DNA from: Candidatus Acidiferrum sp.
GTDB taxonomy: Bacteria; Acidobacteriota; Terriglobia; Acidiferrales; UBA7541
DNA: 64,000 bases
Assembly: GCA_036522855.1 (NCBI GenBank)
Contig: DATDFA010000016.1
Span: 5,809 to 69,808 of the forward strand
Direction of reading: 5' to 3'
The notes beneath the pieces were generated by a model. The model worked only from the letters and a program-made list of their open reading frames with translations. It was not told where the DNA came from and did no database searches. This document shows positions 17,480-26,943 of the stretch, in pieces. The position numbers and the translations under genes are program-made. Within the stretch, counting starts at the first letter, position 1. Each line of letters begins with the position of its first letter.

Positions 17480-19426
17480 GTGTGTGGGATCTGCGGTGTC
17501 GCGTTCGTAAAGCGAGACGACCAAACCGAATCACGTGTCCGCGCAATGTGCGCGGCGATGCGTCATCGCGGGCCGGACGGCGACGGTTTTCTTCTGAACG
17601 ATTCCCGCGCGCCGGGCCTTGCCCTTGGCATGCGCCGTCTCAGTATTATTGACCTTCCCGGTGGACAGCAACCGATTTGGAATGAAGCGCGGGACGTGGC
17701 CGTGATTTTCAACGGAGAGCTTTATAACTATCGGGAACTACGCGAGCGGCTCAAAAGCCTCGGTCATCGTTTCACGACACAATCGGACACGGAAATTCTG
17801 GTGCATGGATGGGAGGAATGGGGCGAAGAGTGCCTTGGCGAGCTACGGGGAATGTTCGCGTTCGCCATCACCGATTTTCGCCAGCGTTACACTTCCGGCC
17901 CACTGCTGTTTCTGGCGCGCGATCCGCTCGGCATCAAACCCCTGTACTACACGCAAACCGCAGAGGGATTCGCGTTCGCATCGGAGCTTAGCGCATTAAT
18001 GGCCGGCGGAACCGCGGCCGGTACAATTTCGCAGGACGCGCTAACGGCTTATTTTTTATTTGGAAGTGTCAGCGAGCCGGTGACCATGTACCAAGGCGTG
18101 TTTTCTCTTCCCCCTGGCCATCGCATGCTGCTTTATATCCCCGACCGGCGACGTATACCGCGCCCTCATCCCTGGTGGGATCCGAGAAGAAGTCCCGCGG
18201 CAAAAGATTTGCGACGGCCACGGAACTTTTCTGAAGCATCGAAAGCATTGCGGCCATTGATTGAGGACAGCGTGCGTGCGCATCTGATCGCGGATGTGCC
18301 TGTGGGATTATTTTTATCGAGTGGACTGGACTCCGGCGCGATCGCTGCCATTGCTGCACGCGAGCACCAGGGCATCCAGAGTTTTACGCTATCGTTTCCA
18401 GGAACTCCGTACGATGAATCCCTTCTGACGCGCGAAGTGGCGAAACGCTGCGGCACGCAACATTCCGAAATTCCGTTGGACGGTACAGCAATTCCTTCGC
18501 GCCTTGACGAAGCACTTTCCGCTCTCGATCAGCCCACCATGGACGGGATCAACACCTATTTTGTTTCCTGGGCGGCGCGCCAAGTGGGATTGAAAGTCGC
18601 GCTGTCGGGCCTGGGTGGCGATGAACTCTTTGCCGGCTACTCTACCTTCGCGGACACGCCAAAACTCTCGCAACTCACCACCGCGGCAAAGTTTGTGCCC
18701 TCGGCCCTTCGCGGTACAACGGCTGGGATGCTGCGTTCGCTGCTGGCCTCCGGCCGTTCGAATGATGCCGGCGTCAAAGCTTCCGCAGCCTGGCGAAATC
18801 CGGAACGCCTGCCCCATCCTTATTATTTTGCGCGAACACTCTTTCCGCCCGGAGAGATCGAAAAGGTAATGGAACCGCGATTCCGCCCAAGTACTCTGGC
18901 GCCAGATGGCTACACGCTGGAGCCCACCTGGCTTGGCTGGCTGCAGCTCGCGGCTGACGAATCGCGCCGAATGAGACCGGTCGCAGCGGTCAGTTGGCTG
19001 GAACTGCGAACTTATATGGCAAGCACGTTGCTGCGCGACACCGATTCGGTAAGTATGGCGAGGTCGCTCGAAGTGCGCGTGCCGCTGCTGGATACTCCCC
19101 TGGTGGAATTCATTGCGGCATTGCCGGACGAGGCGCGTCATAAGCCCGGCGTGCAAAAGGCATTGCTTGTCGAAGCGCTGGGCGATTTGTTGCCAACGGA
19201 GATCACGGCGCAGAAAAAGAAGACTTTTACGCTGCCGTGGGAACAGTGGCTGCGCGGGCCACTGAGAGTGCGCGTCGAACATAGTTTGTCGTCCCTTGCG
19301 CCAGCCCTGGCACTGGTACTGAAAAAGGGTGGAGTTGAATCCGTGTGGCGATCCTTCCTGTCCGGTAAGACTTCGTGGTCGCGTCCGTGGTCGCTGTTTG
19401 TCTTGAACGAATGGGCGAAGCGATAG
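17480..19426 (+). CDS. asparagine synthase (glutamine-hydrolysing) family amidotransferase, glycan-cluster paralogue
   Basis: 648 aa. The N-terminal nucleophile is MCGICGV, the Ntn-amidotransferase domain contains LIFNGELYNYRELR, and the synthetase domain has the PP-loop LFLSSGLDSGAIAA. Confidence 0.85.
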   Translation: MCGICGVAFVKRDDQTESRVRAMCAAMRHRGPDGDGFLLNDSRAPGLALGMRRLSIIDLPGGQQPIWNEARDVAVIFNGELYNYRELRERLKSLGHRFTTQSDTEILVHGWEEWGEECLGELRGMFAFAITDFRQRYTSGPLLFLARDPLGIKPLYYTQTAEGFAFASELSALMAGGTAAGTISQDALTAYFLFGSVSEPVTMYQGVFSLPPGHRMLLYIPDRRRIPRPHPWWDPRRSPAAKDLRRPRNFSEASKALRPLIEDSVRAHLIADVPVGLFLSSGLDSGAIAAIAAREHQGIQSFTLSFPGTPYDESLLTREVAKRCGTQHSEIPLDGTAIPSRLDEALSALDQPTMDGINTYFVSWAARQVGLKVALSGLGGDELFAGYSTFADTPKLSQLTTAAKFVPSALRGTTAGMLRSLLASGRSNDAGVKASAAWRNPERLPHPYYFARTLFPPGEIEKVMEPRFRPSTLAPDGYTLEPTWLGWLQLAADESRRMRPVAAVSWLELRTYMASTLLRDTDSVSMARSLEVRVPLLDTPLVEFIAALPDEARHKPGVQKALLVEALGDLLPTEITAQKKKTFTLPWEQWLRGPLRVRVEHSLSSLAPALALVLKKGGVESVWRSFLSGKTSWSRPWSLFVLNEWAKR

Positions 19427-19484
19427 GACCGAGGCGCTCGGACGTGCCCTTGGCGCAGTCTGCGATACACTGAAAATCCGGCAC

Positions 19485-21221
19485 ATGAACATTCTCGGAA
19501 TCAACGCTTATCACGGCAACGCTTCGGCGGCGATCCTTTGTGACGGAAAACTGATTGCCGCGGTTGAGGAAGAGCGCTTCAACCGCGTGAAGTATGCCGC
19601 TGGTTTTCCGACCGCGGCCATTCGCTACTGTTTAAAAACCGCGGGCATCACGCTGAAAGAAGTGCATCACGTAGCGATTCCGCGCAACCCCTATGCGCGC
19701 ATGGGCACCAAGCTGCTTTACGCGCTGCGGATGCCATCCTTTGCGCGGGAGCGATTGAAAGTTTTGGCCAAATTCACCGGGATTCGCGAAGCGCTGGCGG
19801 CGGCATTTGACACCGATCCACAAGCTTTGCCGGCAAAATTCCATCACATTGAACACCACATCGCGCATCTGGCCAGCACATTTTTTTGTTCACCATTTGA
19901 AGAAGCGGCATTGCTTTCCGCGGACGGGCTCGGCGATTTTGCCAGCTCGATGTGGGGAGCCGGATTCGGCCGGCGCATGAATATTCATGGGTCCATAGCA
20001 TTCCCACATTCGCTGGGACTGTATTACAGCGCGGTAACCCAATATCTGGGATTCCTGAAATTCGGCGACGAATACAAAGTGATGGGCCTGGGCGCATACG
20101 GCGAACCGGAATTTCTGCGGGAATTGCGCGATATCGTGCGATTAAAGGGCCCTGGATTTCGCCTGAACCTGGAATACTTCACGCACCACCGAACGGGACC
20201 GGAAATGACCTGGGCAGAGGCAGATAAGACCCCAGTATTGGGGCAACTGTATTCGGATACCATGCCGCGGAGGCTAGGCCCGGCGCGTGATCCCGCGGCT
20301 CCCATCGAGCAGCGGCATAAGAATCTCGCGTGTTCGCTGCAAGCGCGGCTGGAAGAAGTCTATTTGGGAATGTTGCGGCACCTGCAAGAGGAGACCGGCA
20401 TGAAATCGGTGTGCCTTGCGGGCGGCGTGGCGTTTAATTGCGTGGCCAACGGGAAAATTCCAGTTTCGACTGGGTTCAAGGATGTTTATGTACATCCCGC
20501 CGCGGGCGATGCTGGACTTGCGGTGGGTGCTGCACAGTATGTGTGGCATCAGTTGCTGGGAAATCCGCGCGATTTTGTCATGGAGCATGCCTACTGGGGG
20601 CCGGAATTTTCGCGCGAGGAAATTGGCGCTGTGCTGAAAGGATCGCGGCTATCCGAAAATGGCTGCGTGATGCGGGAATTGCCTGAACAAAAATTATTGG
20701 AAGAAACCGCTGCAATCATCGCTGGCGGAAAAATCCTTGGCTGGTTTCAGGGCCGCGCCGAATGGGGGCCGCGAGCCCTCGGTAACCGCAGCATCGTCGC
20801 CGATCCGCGGCGGCCGGAAATGAAAGAGATTCTGAACCAGCGCATCAAGCACCGCGAGATTTTTCGGCCATTCGCGCCTTCGATTCTTGCCGAGAAAACC
20901 GGTGACTGGTTCGAACAATCGCATCCTTCGCCGTTTATGACCATGGCTTATGCCGTGCGGAGCGAGATGCGCGACAAGATTCCTGCGCCCACGCATGTGG
21001 ACGGAACGGGACGCTTGCAAACCGTTACCCCGACTGCAAATCCGCGTTACTGGAAGCTGATCAACGCGTTCGAACGCCAAACCGGCGTTCCGGTGGTCTT
21101 GAATACTTCGTTCAACGACAATGAGCCGATCGTATGCAAACCTCAGGAGGCCATTGACTGTTTTGAACGAACTCGGATGGACGCCCTAGCGCTGGGCGAT
21201 TTCCTGATCACGCGATCATAG
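19485..21221 (+). CDS. carbamoyltransferase (NodU/CmcH family)
   Basis: 578 aa. The N-terminus is MNILGINAYHGNASAAILCDGKLIAAVEEERFNRVK. Also present are HHIAHLASTF, and RALGNRSIVADPR and NTSFN in the C-terminal YrdC/Kae1-like part. Confidence 0.85.
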   Translation: MNILGINAYHGNASAAILCDGKLIAAVEEERFNRVKYAAGFPTAAIRYCLKTAGITLKEVHHVAIPRNPYARMGTKLLYALRMPSFARERLKVLAKFTGIREALAAAFDTDPQALPAKFHHIEHHIAHLASTFFCSPFEEAALLSADGLGDFASSMWGAGFGRRMNIHGSIAFPHSLGLYYSAVTQYLGFLKFGDEYKVMGLGAYGEPEFLRELRDIVRLKGPGFRLNLEYFTHHRTGPEMTWAEADKTPVLGQLYSDTMPRRLGPARDPAAPIEQRHKNLACSLQARLEEVYLGMLRHLQEETGMKSVCLAGGVAFNCVANGKIPVSTGFKDVYVHPAAGDAGLAVGAAQYVWHQLLGNPRDFVMEHAYWGPEFSREEIGAVLKGSRLSENGCVMRELPEQKLLEETAAIIAGGKILGWFQGRAEWGPRALGNRSIVADPRRPEMKEILNQRIKHREIFRPFAPSILAEKTGDWFEQSHPSPFMTMAYAVRSEMRDKIPAPTHVDGTGRLQTVTPTANPRYWKLINAFERQTGVPVVLNTSFNDNEPIVCKPQEAIDCFERTRMDALALGDFLITRS

Positions 21222-21259
21222 CCGCATTGTGTACCCTGTGCACATCCCTAAACAAAATC

Positions 21260-21733
21260 TCAGGTTATCTTGAGCTGCTGCACGGATTTTGCCTGCCTTC
21301 GCCGGTAGATCCAACGATTGATCACCCGATCTAACATTCTACCCACAAAGTAATACCAAGCGAACAATAAGACGGGCATGAAGACCATGAAGGTCAGAAC
21401 TTCATCAATTCCGGCCGTGCTCAGGCCAACCACGATGGCAGCGCCGGTCAGGAACGCAGGAAGCGCTGACACCACCAGGATTCGGTCCAGCCAACCGGGC
21501 CAGATTGCTTTAGTTGCAGCGTCGGCGCCTGAACAGTTCCGATTGCTACCGCAAGGATTGGGAACTTTCGAATTTTCGTTCAGCGGGTCGGTATCCAATC
21601 GCAGCGATGACCACCAGTAATACTTGCGAGGCGCATCCTCGGTTTGAGGGTTCGCGGGCATGGACCGGTAGCTCACCAACCCAAACAAAATCAGCCCAGT
21701 GAGTGGCAAGAGCAGACTGCAGATCCTTTGCAT
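21260..21733 (-). CDS. hypothetical membrane protein
   Basis: ORF 21260-21901. The longest form would overlap the divergent GT4 start, so I chose ATG 21733 (MQRICSLLLPLTGLILFGLV); the start is uncertain. There are three hydrophobic helices and I recognised no motif. Confidence 0.4.
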   Translation of the reverse strand: MQRICSLLLPLTGLILFGLVSYRSMPANPQTEDAPRKYYWWSSLRLDTDPLNENSKVPNPCGSNRNCSGADAATKAIWPGWLDRILVVSALPAFLTGAAIVVGLSTAGIDEVLTFMVFMPVLLFAWYYFVGRMLDRVINRWIYRRRQAKSVQQLKIT

Positions 21734-21858
21734 ACCTTCCAATGAGACACCAAAACCGCCAACAATGGCGGACTGACTTCTGACCAAACATCGCATCTGG
21801 TACGGAGGCGCCGCTCCAACGAAATAAGAATACGGCAGCCTGCATGTACAATCGGTCA

Positions 21859-23064
21859 ATGCGCATCTTGCTTCTGAATCTTTATTATCCGCCGGACACA
21901 TCGGCTACCGCAAAAATGGCGGAAACGGTGGTGCATGCGCTGACTGAAGCTAACCAGGTCACCATTCTATGCGGTAGACCGTCCTACGATCCCTCGGAGC
22001 GCCGAGAATGGCGGCTTTTTCAGATTGAAGAAAAACAAAATGTGCGCGTGATCCGCGCCGGTTCGACGGATTTTCCCCGCTTTGACATGAAGAAGCGCGT
22101 CTTGAATTATTTGACCTACACCGCGCTGGTGCTCCCCCGCGCTTTATTCACTCCATGCGATGCCATATTGGCGATGACTGATCCGCCATTCGAAGGAATC
22201 ATTGGCGCCTTCGTGGCGATGCTGAAGCGCAAGCCATATTTCTACAACATCCGTGATATGTATCCGGATATGGCAATAGGAGGCTCGATCGTAGCGCCGG
22301 GATTGCTCGTTCGCGTTTGGGAAAAGCTGCACCAATGGGCGATGCGCCGCGCGACCGGCGTGGTCGTGCTTGGCGAAGACATGCGCGAACGCATCCTTGG
22401 CAAGGGTGTGCGCCCAGAACACATTGAGATCATCCGTGATGGCGCCGAAATCGCCGGAGCGGACTCCCCCCAGCCGCAACTAGACCCAGAAGTGATTGAG
22501 AAAATCCGCCACGGCTTTCGTTTTGTACTGCTGCATGCCGGCAATATGGGTTTTTATGGCGCATGGGAAACTTTGATCGCTGCGGCGAATCAGCTTGCCG
22601 GTGACGGCATCGGCTTTGTGTTCGTGGGCGAGGGCGCACAACGCGCACAGATAGAGTCAGCGGCAAACGGTGTGTCAAATATTCGATTCCTGCCGTTTTT
22701 CCCTGGCACAAAAATCCCGTCAGTGCTGGCCGCGGCGGACGCGCATTTGATTACCGTGAAGCGCGGCCTCGAAGGTGTGGTAGTTCCAAGCAAGATGTAC
22801 GGAATTCTGGCCGCGGGCAAGCCTGTGGTTGCGGTTGCGCCGCGCGGAACCGATGCCGTCGCTCTCGGGGAAAAATTCGGCTTCAGTATAGGCGCTGACC
22901 CGGACCGTCCAAGTGACGTAGCTAGCGCCGTGCGCCAGCTCGCCTGCGATCCCGCCCTCGTCCAGCGAATGGGCCGGGCAGCTCTAGCCGCGGCCCCGGC
23001 CTATGATAGAGTCAAAGAGCTGAAAAAATTTGTGCTATTTGTCACCCGAGCCCGCCCGCGGTGA
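21859..23064 (+). CDS. glycosyltransferase family 4, WcaI-like
   Basis: ORF 21844-23064. I chose ATG 21859. MRILLLNLYYPPDTSATAKMAETV is the WcaI-type N-terminus. The C-terminal part reads PSKMYGILAAGKPVVAV. Confidence 0.8.
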   Translation: MRILLLNLYYPPDTSATAKMAETVVHALTEANQVTILCGRPSYDPSERREWRLFQIEEKQNVRVIRAGSTDFPRFDMKKRVLNYLTYTALVLPRALFTPCDAILAMTDPPFEGIIGAFVAMLKRKPYFYNIRDMYPDMAIGGSIVAPGLLVRVWEKLHQWAMRRATGVVVLGEDMRERILGKGVRPEHIEIIRDGAEIAGADSPQPQLDPEVIEKIRHGFRFVLLHAGNMGFYGAWETLIAAANQLAGDGIGFVFVGEGAQRAQIESAANGVSNIRFLPFFPGTKIPSVLAAADAHLITVKRGLEGVVVPSKMYGILAAGKPVVAVAPRGTDAVALGEKFGFSIGADPDRPSDVASAVRQLACDPALVQRMGRAALAAAPAYDRVKELKKFVLFVTRARPR

Positions 23065-23092
23065 GATACAAAATGCGAAGGATGCGAAAAAC

Positions 23093-24124
23093 GTGAAGCC
23101 AGCGGAAACCTTCTGGACGGGAAAAAAAGTCTTGGTCACGGGCGGAGCTTCGTTTATCGGTTCGACGCTCACCGATCAATTGTTGGCGCGCGGCGCGAAG
23201 GTACGCATTGTGGACGACCTTACGAGCGGCCACTTGGACAATTTGCGACAACCCCTGGCCAAGGGCGAAATCGAATTCATGCAAGCGGATTTGCGCGAAC
23301 CGGGCGTTACCCGCGCCGCGATGAACGGCGTGGATACTGTATTTCATCTCGCCGCGGACCACGGCGGGCGCGGGTATGTCGATTTGCACCAAGCCGGGCC
23401 GGCATCGAATTTTTTCCTCGATGGACTCGTTTTCTCGGAAGCACTTCGCGCGAAAGCAAAAAAGGTTGTGTTCGCTTCGTCTGGCTGCGTCTATCCCAAT
23501 TTCCTGCAGTCCGACGTCAACAAAGTCGTCTATCTCACGGAAGACCTCACCAACGGCCCGAATGACGCCGACAATACGTATGGCTGGGCGAAATTGATGG
23601 CCGAGTTCACCCTAAAGGCGTACCACAAAGAACACGGACTTGAGGCGGCGTCATGCCGTTACTTCACCGTTTACGGCCCGCGCGGCGTGGAAAATCACGC
23701 AGTCATTGCTATGATCGCGCGAGCCTTCATCCACCAGACCCCATTCGAAGTCTGGGGCGACGGCACACAGATTCGTAACTGGACTTTTATCGACGACATC
23801 GTCGAAGGCACAATTCTGGCCGGCGAGAAAATTAAAGATGGCACGGCGGTCAACTTGGGTACCATGGAGCGTATTCGCGTAATTGATGCCGTTCACATGG
23901 TCTGCGAAGAGACCGGTCACAAACCGGAAATTAAGCTTCGCAAGGATATGCCCACCGGACCGCTGAATCGCGTGGCCGATAATTCGCTGGCCAAGAAATT
24001 GTTAAATTGGGAACCGAAGGTGTCCTTCAAGGACGGCTTGAAGCGGACCATTGACTGGTATTTCCATGCCAAGGATCGCCAGGAAGTGAAACGTATCTTT
24101 GCCCGGATGCTTACCGAGCGATGA
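23093..24124 (+). CDS. NAD-dependent sugar-nucleotide epimerase/dehydratase (SDR family)
   Basis: ORF 23030-24124. I chose GTG 23093 to avoid overlap with the upstream GT. It has the Rossmann motif VLVTGGASFIGSTL and the catalytic YGWAK (YxxxK). Substrate not assignable. Confidence 0.75.
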   Translation: MKPAETFWTGKKVLVTGGASFIGSTLTDQLLARGAKVRIVDDLTSGHLDNLRQPLAKGEIEFMQADLREPGVTRAAMNGVDTVFHLAADHGGRGYVDLHQAGPASNFFLDGLVFSEALRAKAKKVVFASSGCVYPNFLQSDVNKVVYLTEDLTNGPNDADNTYGWAKLMAEFTLKAYHKEHGLEAASCRYFTVYGPRGVENHAVIAMIARAFIHQTPFEVWGDGTQIRNWTFIDDIVEGTILAGEKIKDGTAVNLGTMERIRVIDAVHMVCEETGHKPEIKLRKDMPTGPLNRVADNSLAKKLLNWEPKVSFKDGLKRTIDWYFHAKDRQEVKRIFARMLTER

Positions 24125-24260
24125 ATTATCCGCTTGTTAATAGTACAGCAAACGCTGTACGATATGTTGGTCGCGATGCCCGTTTATTATTTGGGCGGAA
24201 ACGGTCTTTTCACGACATTTTTACTGGATTAGAACTGCGCTTCCGGATATCTTTAATTAA

Positions 24261-24281
24261 GCTGCGTGGGGCAGCGTTTTT
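24261..24281 (+). terminator. weak terminator-like hairpin after the epimerase/dehydratase gene
   Basis: GCTGC-gtggg-GCAGC followed by GTTTTTG, inside an unusually AT-rich 340-nt gap. The stem is short, so confidence is low. Confidence 0.3.
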
Positions 24282-24462
24282 GTGAACGCTTTGTGGTCAT
24301 TCCCGCAATGGCCGCTCTGCGGTAGCAAAAAAGAAGTCGACCGCCCAGAGTCAACTTAGTGTTCTCACTTGGGAGCCGGATCCCCAAATCCGGCAGCGAG
24401 TCGCGTGCATAATCCGGTTGTGCCGCCCGGACCGGATCCGTAGCTCTGAAATCTGAGGACGA

Positions 24463-25518
24463 ATGGCCGCTGGCCTTCTGGCTTTCTTCATCGCTCTATT
24501 TGTGTCGCTGTTGCTGACTGTTCCCGTACGCGCTTTGGCCTTGCGAGTTGGCATGGTCGATCTTCCGGGACCGCGCAAAGTTCACCTGCAGCCGATCCCT
24601 TTGCTTGGTGGATTGGCAATGTACGCAGGCGTGATTCTTGGCGTGCTCCTGGTGTTTAGCGGCCCAGCGCGCGCCCAAATCGAAGGAATTCTCGCGGGCG
24701 CAACTCTGATCGCTGCCGTGGGAATTCTGGATGATCGCGGGATCCTGCATCATCAGGTAAAACTCTTTGTCGGCATGCCACTGGCCGCTGGAATTCTGCT
24801 GTTTAGCGGTATTCGCGCACAGGTTTTCGGCGCCCTTTTTGGCGGCCGCACTGGCGACCTTATGGACATCGCTTTAACGATCGTCTGGGTCGTGGGCATC
24901 ACCGCCTCGTTCAGCATTTTGGATCACATGGACGGATTGTGCGCGGGCGTTGCGGCGATGGCATCCGCTTTTTTCGCTTTGCTGGCATATCTGAGCGGTC
25001 AAACACTGGTGACCGTTCTGGCAGCGGCGGTACTTGGCGCCGCCGCCGGATTTTTGCGCTGGAATTTTAAGCCCGCGAAAATCTTTATGGGCGACGGCGG
25101 CGCGATGTTCCTCGGTTTTCTGATGGCTACGCTGGGATTGAAGCTTCGCCTGGTGGATTCCAACCCGGTTTCTGCGTGGCTGGTGCCCGTGCTGGTCCTG
25201 GGAGCAACCATTTTTGACACCACCTTGATCACCATTTCGCGCAGCAGAAGGGGACTGCTTCCTTTCACGACTCCCGGAAAGGATCACGCCGCCCATCGCC
25301 TTGCGAATATCGGCTTGGGCCAGCGCGGCGCGGTGCTCGTGATGTATGTCCTCGGCGCAATTTCGGGTCTCCTTGCCCTTCTGATTAGTTTTTGGCCAGC
25401 GCCGCTCTCGTTCGGAGTGGTCGCGTTCGCGGTGATCGTTGCGCTTGCCGGAATCGTATATCTCGAACGTGTTCCGTACGAACGGCAGACCCGCAAGCCC
25501 GCTCCGGCGACCGATTGA
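24463..25518 (+). CDS. polyprenyl-phosphate N-acetylhexosamine-1-phosphate transferase (WecA/MraY family)
   Basis: 351 aa with GAGGA 3 nt upstream of the ATG, and about 10-11 TM helices. Family motifs are GILDDRG, ILDHMDGLCAG and NFKPAKIFMGDGGAMFLGF. Confidence 0.85.
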   Translation: MAAGLLAFFIALFVSLLLTVPVRALALRVGMVDLPGPRKVHLQPIPLLGGLAMYAGVILGVLLVFSGPARAQIEGILAGATLIAAVGILDDRGILHHQVKLFVGMPLAAGILLFSGIRAQVFGALFGGRTGDLMDIALTIVWVVGITASFSILDHMDGLCAGVAAMASAFFALLAYLSGQTLVTVLAAAVLGAAAGFLRWNFKPAKIFMGDGGAMFLGFLMATLGLKLRLVDSNPVSAWLVPVLVLGATIFDTTLITISRSRRGLLPFTTPGKDHAAHRLANIGLGQRGAVLVMYVLGAISGLLALLISFWPAPLSFGVVAFAVIVALAGIVYLERVPYERQTRKPAPATD

Positions 25519-25697
25519 TCTGCTGTTGCCTCGGTTTCCCGCTAAACTTGGATTCGTTATACTCTAGGCGCCAAGAGTTTTCTTACTTGAATTCGGGATT
25601 TGATTGCTCGCAATCTCGCAAGCGGTAATTAGAAGTGTTTCTTGGACTTCCCGGCTCGGGTTGCCCCGCGGCTGGGGTGATTGGATGAATCGAACGA

Positions 25698-26870
25698 GTG
25701 CGTGAAAAAAAGCAGAGCCTTCGAACCAAATGTGAAACGGGCGGAGTGATTGTTGTTGGCGGTTCCGCTGCGGGGTTGCTGACCGCGGCAAAAGTGGCTG
25801 CGGGTGGCCAGACCGTCCGCGTGCTCGACGCGAAATCGGGTCTGGACCCCGCGCCGCGTTCGCTCATCGTGACCCATCATTTTCGCGAGCAATTGCGCGA
25901 AGTCGCGGCATCCAGCATTGTCAACGAAATCCGGCGCTTCGAATTGTTCACTGACGGGCGCTCGGCGGAGGTTGCGCTCCGCCGCCCGGACCTGATTATC
26001 GAGCGTGCGCGGCTGATTCCGGCGCTGGCAGCCGAGGCGTCACGAGCCGGCGCTAAGCTTTCCTTTGACTCGCACTTTCTTGGTTTAGGCCCGAACTCGC
26101 GCGGATTGCGCCTGGACGTTGAAACTGCAGGAAAGCGTGAGGAGCTGCATGCGGACCACGTTGTGGGCGCGGATGGTGCAACATCTCGTGTGGGCCGTTC
26201 AGCGGGATGGCCGCCGGTCGAAACCGTTCCGCTGGTCCAAGCCATCGTCCGGCTGCCAAAGGATTGCCGCACGGATACCACACGCGTGTGGTTCGTGCCC
26301 GACGATACTCCCTATTTTTATTGGCTGATTCCCGAGAATGAGAACCGCGGCGCGCTCGGAATTATCGGCGAAGGCAGCGGCCAAGAAACCAAACAGCGAA
26401 TCGAGCGTTTCCTGGAAAAGAAAAATATGGATCCGCTGGAATGGCAAGGCGCTCGCATTCCCGTCTACCGCAAATGGATTCCGGTGGAGCGGCGTATAGG
26501 CAACGGGCGAGTTTTTCTGGTGGGTGACGCAGCGGCTCAAGTGAAGGTCACCACGGTGGGCGGAATCGTGACCGGATTTCGGGGCGCGCAAGCAGTGGCC
26601 GACGCGCTGCTCGGTTCTCGACAAAGTAGCGAACTTCGTGCTCTGCGCCGCGAACTCGATACCCATTGGCTGATTCGCAAAACGTTGCATCACTTTCAGC
26701 AGAGGGATTATTCGTATCTGGTGGATTTGCTCAACAGCGCGACGCGGGACTCGCTCGGCGAAATTCATCGCGATCATTCCACGCGATTGCTTTGGACCGT
26801 GCTGCGCCGCCAACCCCGCCTGGTGCTGCTTGGTCTGCGTGGCCTGCTTATGGGCAAAAAGCCGCGCTAA
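25698..26870 (+). CDS. FAD-dependent oxidoreductase, geranylgeranyl-reductase family
   Basis: 390 aa, GTG start. It has the dinucleotide fold VIVVGGSAAGLLTAAKVAAGGQTVRVLD, the GADGATSRV motif, and RVFLVGDAAAQVKVTTVGGI, which is typical of GGR-type flavoproteins. Confidence 0.7.
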   Translation: MREKKQSLRTKCETGGVIVVGGSAAGLLTAAKVAAGGQTVRVLDAKSGLDPAPRSLIVTHHFREQLREVAASSIVNEIRRFELFTDGRSAEVALRRPDLIIERARLIPALAAEASRAGAKLSFDSHFLGLGPNSRGLRLDVETAGKREELHADHVVGADGATSRVGRSAGWPPVETVPLVQAIVRLPKDCRTDTTRVWFVPDDTPYFYWLIPENENRGALGIIGEGSGQETKQRIERFLEKKNMDPLEWQGARIPVYRKWIPVERRIGNGRVFLVGDAAAQVKVTTVGGIVTGFRGAQAVADALLGSRQSSELRALRRELDTHWLIRKTLHHFQQRDYSYLVDLLNSATRDSLGEIHRDHSTRLLWTVLRRQPRLVLLGLRGLLMGKKPR

Positions 26871-26943
26871 TTTTTGCGTGCGCTTTGGAATTTGTTCGTG
26901 GTGTCCGCATTCGCCACCACACTCTGCATTAGGGAGATTTACG

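Noticed and set aside
18389-19504. 371 aa minus-strand ORF; similar long antisense ORFs at 27277-28128, 49120-50148, 45116-46018, 46523-47266, 59746-60474, 61864-62559 and 62638-63420
   Set aside because: Each lies fully inside a strongly supported gene on the other strand (asnB-like, ugd, lptD, BNR protein, gltX, GAF-GGDEF). They have Arg/Gly-rich, motif-free translations typical of GC-rich shadow frames.
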